This document shows, one piece after another, positions 61,683 through 64,000 of a DNA stretch of 64,000 nucleotides. The first letter of the stretch is position 1; each line of letters begins with the position of its first letter. Origin of the DNA: Vitrella brassicaformis CCMP3155 (taxonomy: Eukaryota > Protista > Chromerida); assembly GCA_001179505.1 (NCBI GenBank), contig CDMY01000342.1, forward strand, positions 48,725 to 112,724. Direction: 5' to 3'. The position numbers were made by a program, and so were the translations under genes. The notes under the pieces are model-generated. The model worked only from the letters and a program-made list of their open reading frames with translations, was not told the DNA's origin and made no database searches.

Positions 61683-62312
61683 CTTGTTTGTGCAGGTCTT
61701 GACACTGAGGATGAGGAGTTCAAATTCCTTCAGGCCGCGGAGATCAAGCACGGGCGCGTGGCAATGCTGGCGGTGCTGGGGTATGTCGTGCCCTACTTCT
61801 TCAAGCTGCCGGGCATCCTGGACACCACCACTGGCCTCGCCTTCGCTGATGTCCCGGCAGGGTACGTGTGGCTGATTTACGGATGGATGCCACCACACAG
61901 ACTGATTTTGCACTGGAGTCGATTTGTGCCGTGTGTGTGTGGGGCGTGCAGGCACGCTGCGGTGACAAAGCTGCCGTCATTCGGGCTGGTGCAGATCCTG
62001 CTGCTCAATGGCATCCTCGAGGGAGCCACATGGGACATCATGTACAAGGTCAGTCAGCCAATCGTGTGTGTGATGTGCTGTGATCTCATCGGTGACTGGC
62101 TCCTGCCTGCCTGCCTGTCTGTCTGTCTGTCTGTCTGTCTGTGCCTGCAGGAGCCCGGGTATGCTGGCCCCGGTCGGATTCCGATGATTCAGAAAAACCC
62201 CGAGAAGCTCAAGACCCTCGCCACCCAGGAGATCAACAACGGTCGACTGGCGATGGTCGCCATCCTGGGACTCATTGCACAAGAACTCATCGGCAATCCC
62301 GTCCTGAAGTGA
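61320..62312 (+). CDS. Light-harvesting chlorophyll/carotenoid-binding protein (LHC, Lhcf/FCP-like) with bipartite plastid targeting
   Basis: Signal peptide + A-FVP transit start, GFFDPAGLS, AAEIKHGRVAMLAVLG, QEINNGRLAMVAILGLIAQE. Confidence 0.97.
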
Positions 62313-62611
62313 TTGCAGCGACAAGCAGAGACAGACAGAAAGAAGGACAGACAGCCGGCTGAGGCGTCCGCATGTAGAAAGCGACGGATGGGGAGTTTTT
62401 GCCCGTGGGGTATTGGAAGTTGAGAGTGCTTCCATCCATCCATGCATGGATGGATGGATGGACGACGCGACGTGGTGAGGTGAGATGAGATGCGGTGCTA
62501 GCTATGCATGTACAGGAGACTTGGACTGTGGCAAGGTTGAGAAACAGTGTTGATGCATTGCGGGTGTCTCAGTCTGTCCGTCGGTCAAACACGGCACATA
62601 CGCACGCACCA

Positions 62612-63972
62612 TCACACCATACGTTCACGACCAACACACAGCCAACCCCTCACGCACCCCACCCAGATGATGCAAACAACCATTCGGTGCTTTCTAGGGG
62701 GGATGGATACCATACCTGTCTGTCTGTCTGTCGAATGGTGCTGGCCCGCTGTGGCTCGAACAGCAGCAAACGTTTGTACGACGTCGATTCTCAGGAGACG
62801 CTTCTTCTCGCCACCAGAGAGGCCCCGCTGCTTCTCGTCACCAACCACCACATCACCAGCAGACAGGACTGCCCCCCGCACCCCTCAACATACGGACATC
62901 CCCCCGAAAAATGACCCTCTACTGTACACCTTGCTCACGCGCTGCCAGCTCTATCTGGTGCTTGTCGTTGTCACTCTGGACGGGTAAATAGTGGCATCCA
63001 TCGTGAGAACGCATGTTGACGCTCGTTTGTTGGGCACCACCATCACCTGTCAGTCACGGTAGGCAACCACACACACGTGCAGACAACAGCCAGTCAGACA
63101 GACAGGAAAAGCACGGGCATGCCATGTGTTTCGAGAGAGCTCGCTGTGTGGTGCGCACCTCCCGGCTGGATCTTGACTTTCCTCAGGATAAACGGGTCAT
63201 CCTCACTCTTCCCCCTGCACACACACACACACACACACACACATACATACACCGCACAGAAGGAGAGAGACACGCACGCACAGAGAGAGCGCGCCAGCCA
63301 ATACACACACAGTGACTCTTTGTGCGCGCGCGTGCGTGTGTCCATCCACACGTACTTGTCGCCCACAGGTGTGTCCCCGTCGACACCCTCATAGCAGCCA
63401 ACGAGCACGCTGTAGTTCTCGCTGGGCACAGGCGCCTCCCTGCCCGGCTCCCCCATCCAATCGATGAAAGCCTGGACGTCCTTGACTGTCTTGAAACGGT
63501 CTGTCTCGAGCCAGCTGGTCACAAGCAAACGCTGGACATAAGGAGAGTGCTCGAACTTGAAGTAGCGGATGTCCTCGAGGTTGATGCGCACTGCTCGCCC
63601 TGCCGGGATGGCCGTTTCCTGTGGATGCGTCGCCGTTTCCTGCTGTGGGTGCGAACCGCTTCCGCCCATTTTCCTCCGACTGCTTTGGGACTCTTTCTCC
63701 AAGCCAGCAAACCTTCCCTCTCACAAGCAACTATCAGATCATCGCCATCTTCTTTGCCGCCCTCCGCCTACTGCATCATTTCACCATCAGCTCACCGACA
63801 GACAGCCACCAACCTGCACCACACCAATCAAACCAACCAGCCTCGACGGCATGGACACAGAGTTCTCAATCACGTGTATCTTCATGCATACCTTGGACTG
63901 CAGTTGCAGCAGCTGGTCCAGGCTGTGCTCGATGCCCGCCGCTTCAGCCTTCAGCTGCAGGATGACACACAC
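62612..63972 (-). pseudogene. Partial gene (5' end outside or at the window edge) with degenerate ABCG-type NBD motifs
   Basis: In-phase exons give PFILRKVKIQPG-GDGGAQQTS, YLPVQSDNDKHQIELAARE and GDVVVGDEKQRGLSGGEKKRL (ABCG signature), but no intact Walker A or Walker B. Confidence 0.45.
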
Positions 63973-64000
63973 ACGAAGACCATGACAAACAAACTCATGC

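Noticed and set aside
1-64000. Numerous short ORFs rich in [18 protein letters not shown] or DRQTDR
   Set aside because: These are translations of intronic (TG)n, (CA)n and (CAGA)n microsatellites.
1-64000. tRNA, rRNA, snRNA or transposase genes
   Set aside because: No cloverleaf, rRNA-like tract or transposase/RT motif was recognised by eye; a tRNAscan or Infernal run would be needed to exclude small RNAs.

Overview
Intron-rich, GC-rich eukaryotic DNA. The (TG)n/(CAGA)n-filled GT-AG introns, a bipartite-targeted LHC antenna protein and a Raptor gene suggest a chromerid-type alveolate alga such as Vitrella (inference). Three 300-N placeholder gaps are present. Recognisable genes are eIF5, an SLC35A-type nucleotide-sugar transporter, BAP31-like (one intact, one frameshifted), a soluble ADCY10-type adenylyl cyclase, Raptor, a kelch protein, MAPEG, F-box/LRR, organellar release factor 1 (plus a partial copy), an NADPH-dependent FMN reductase, an LHC protein and a degenerate ABCG-like partial gene. 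Two loci stand out. (1) At 507-3846, a tandem pair of three-exon secreted precursors reads signal peptide - RRL - acidic spacer - RRRL - cationic amphipathic helix ending in CGGPC. The prepro part is nearly identical between copies while the mature part is about 50% diverged, the classic architecture of a host-defence peptide or toxin family. (2) At 37.8-46.5 kb, a miniaturised kinase (YYD/DLD, no activation segment) lies head-to-head with an unknown beta-alpha-beta domain gene, and is fused in-frame to that same domain in a decayed neighbouring copy. Local duplications leaving one decayed copy recur across the window. All gene models were hand-spliced from the sequence; no database searches were run.
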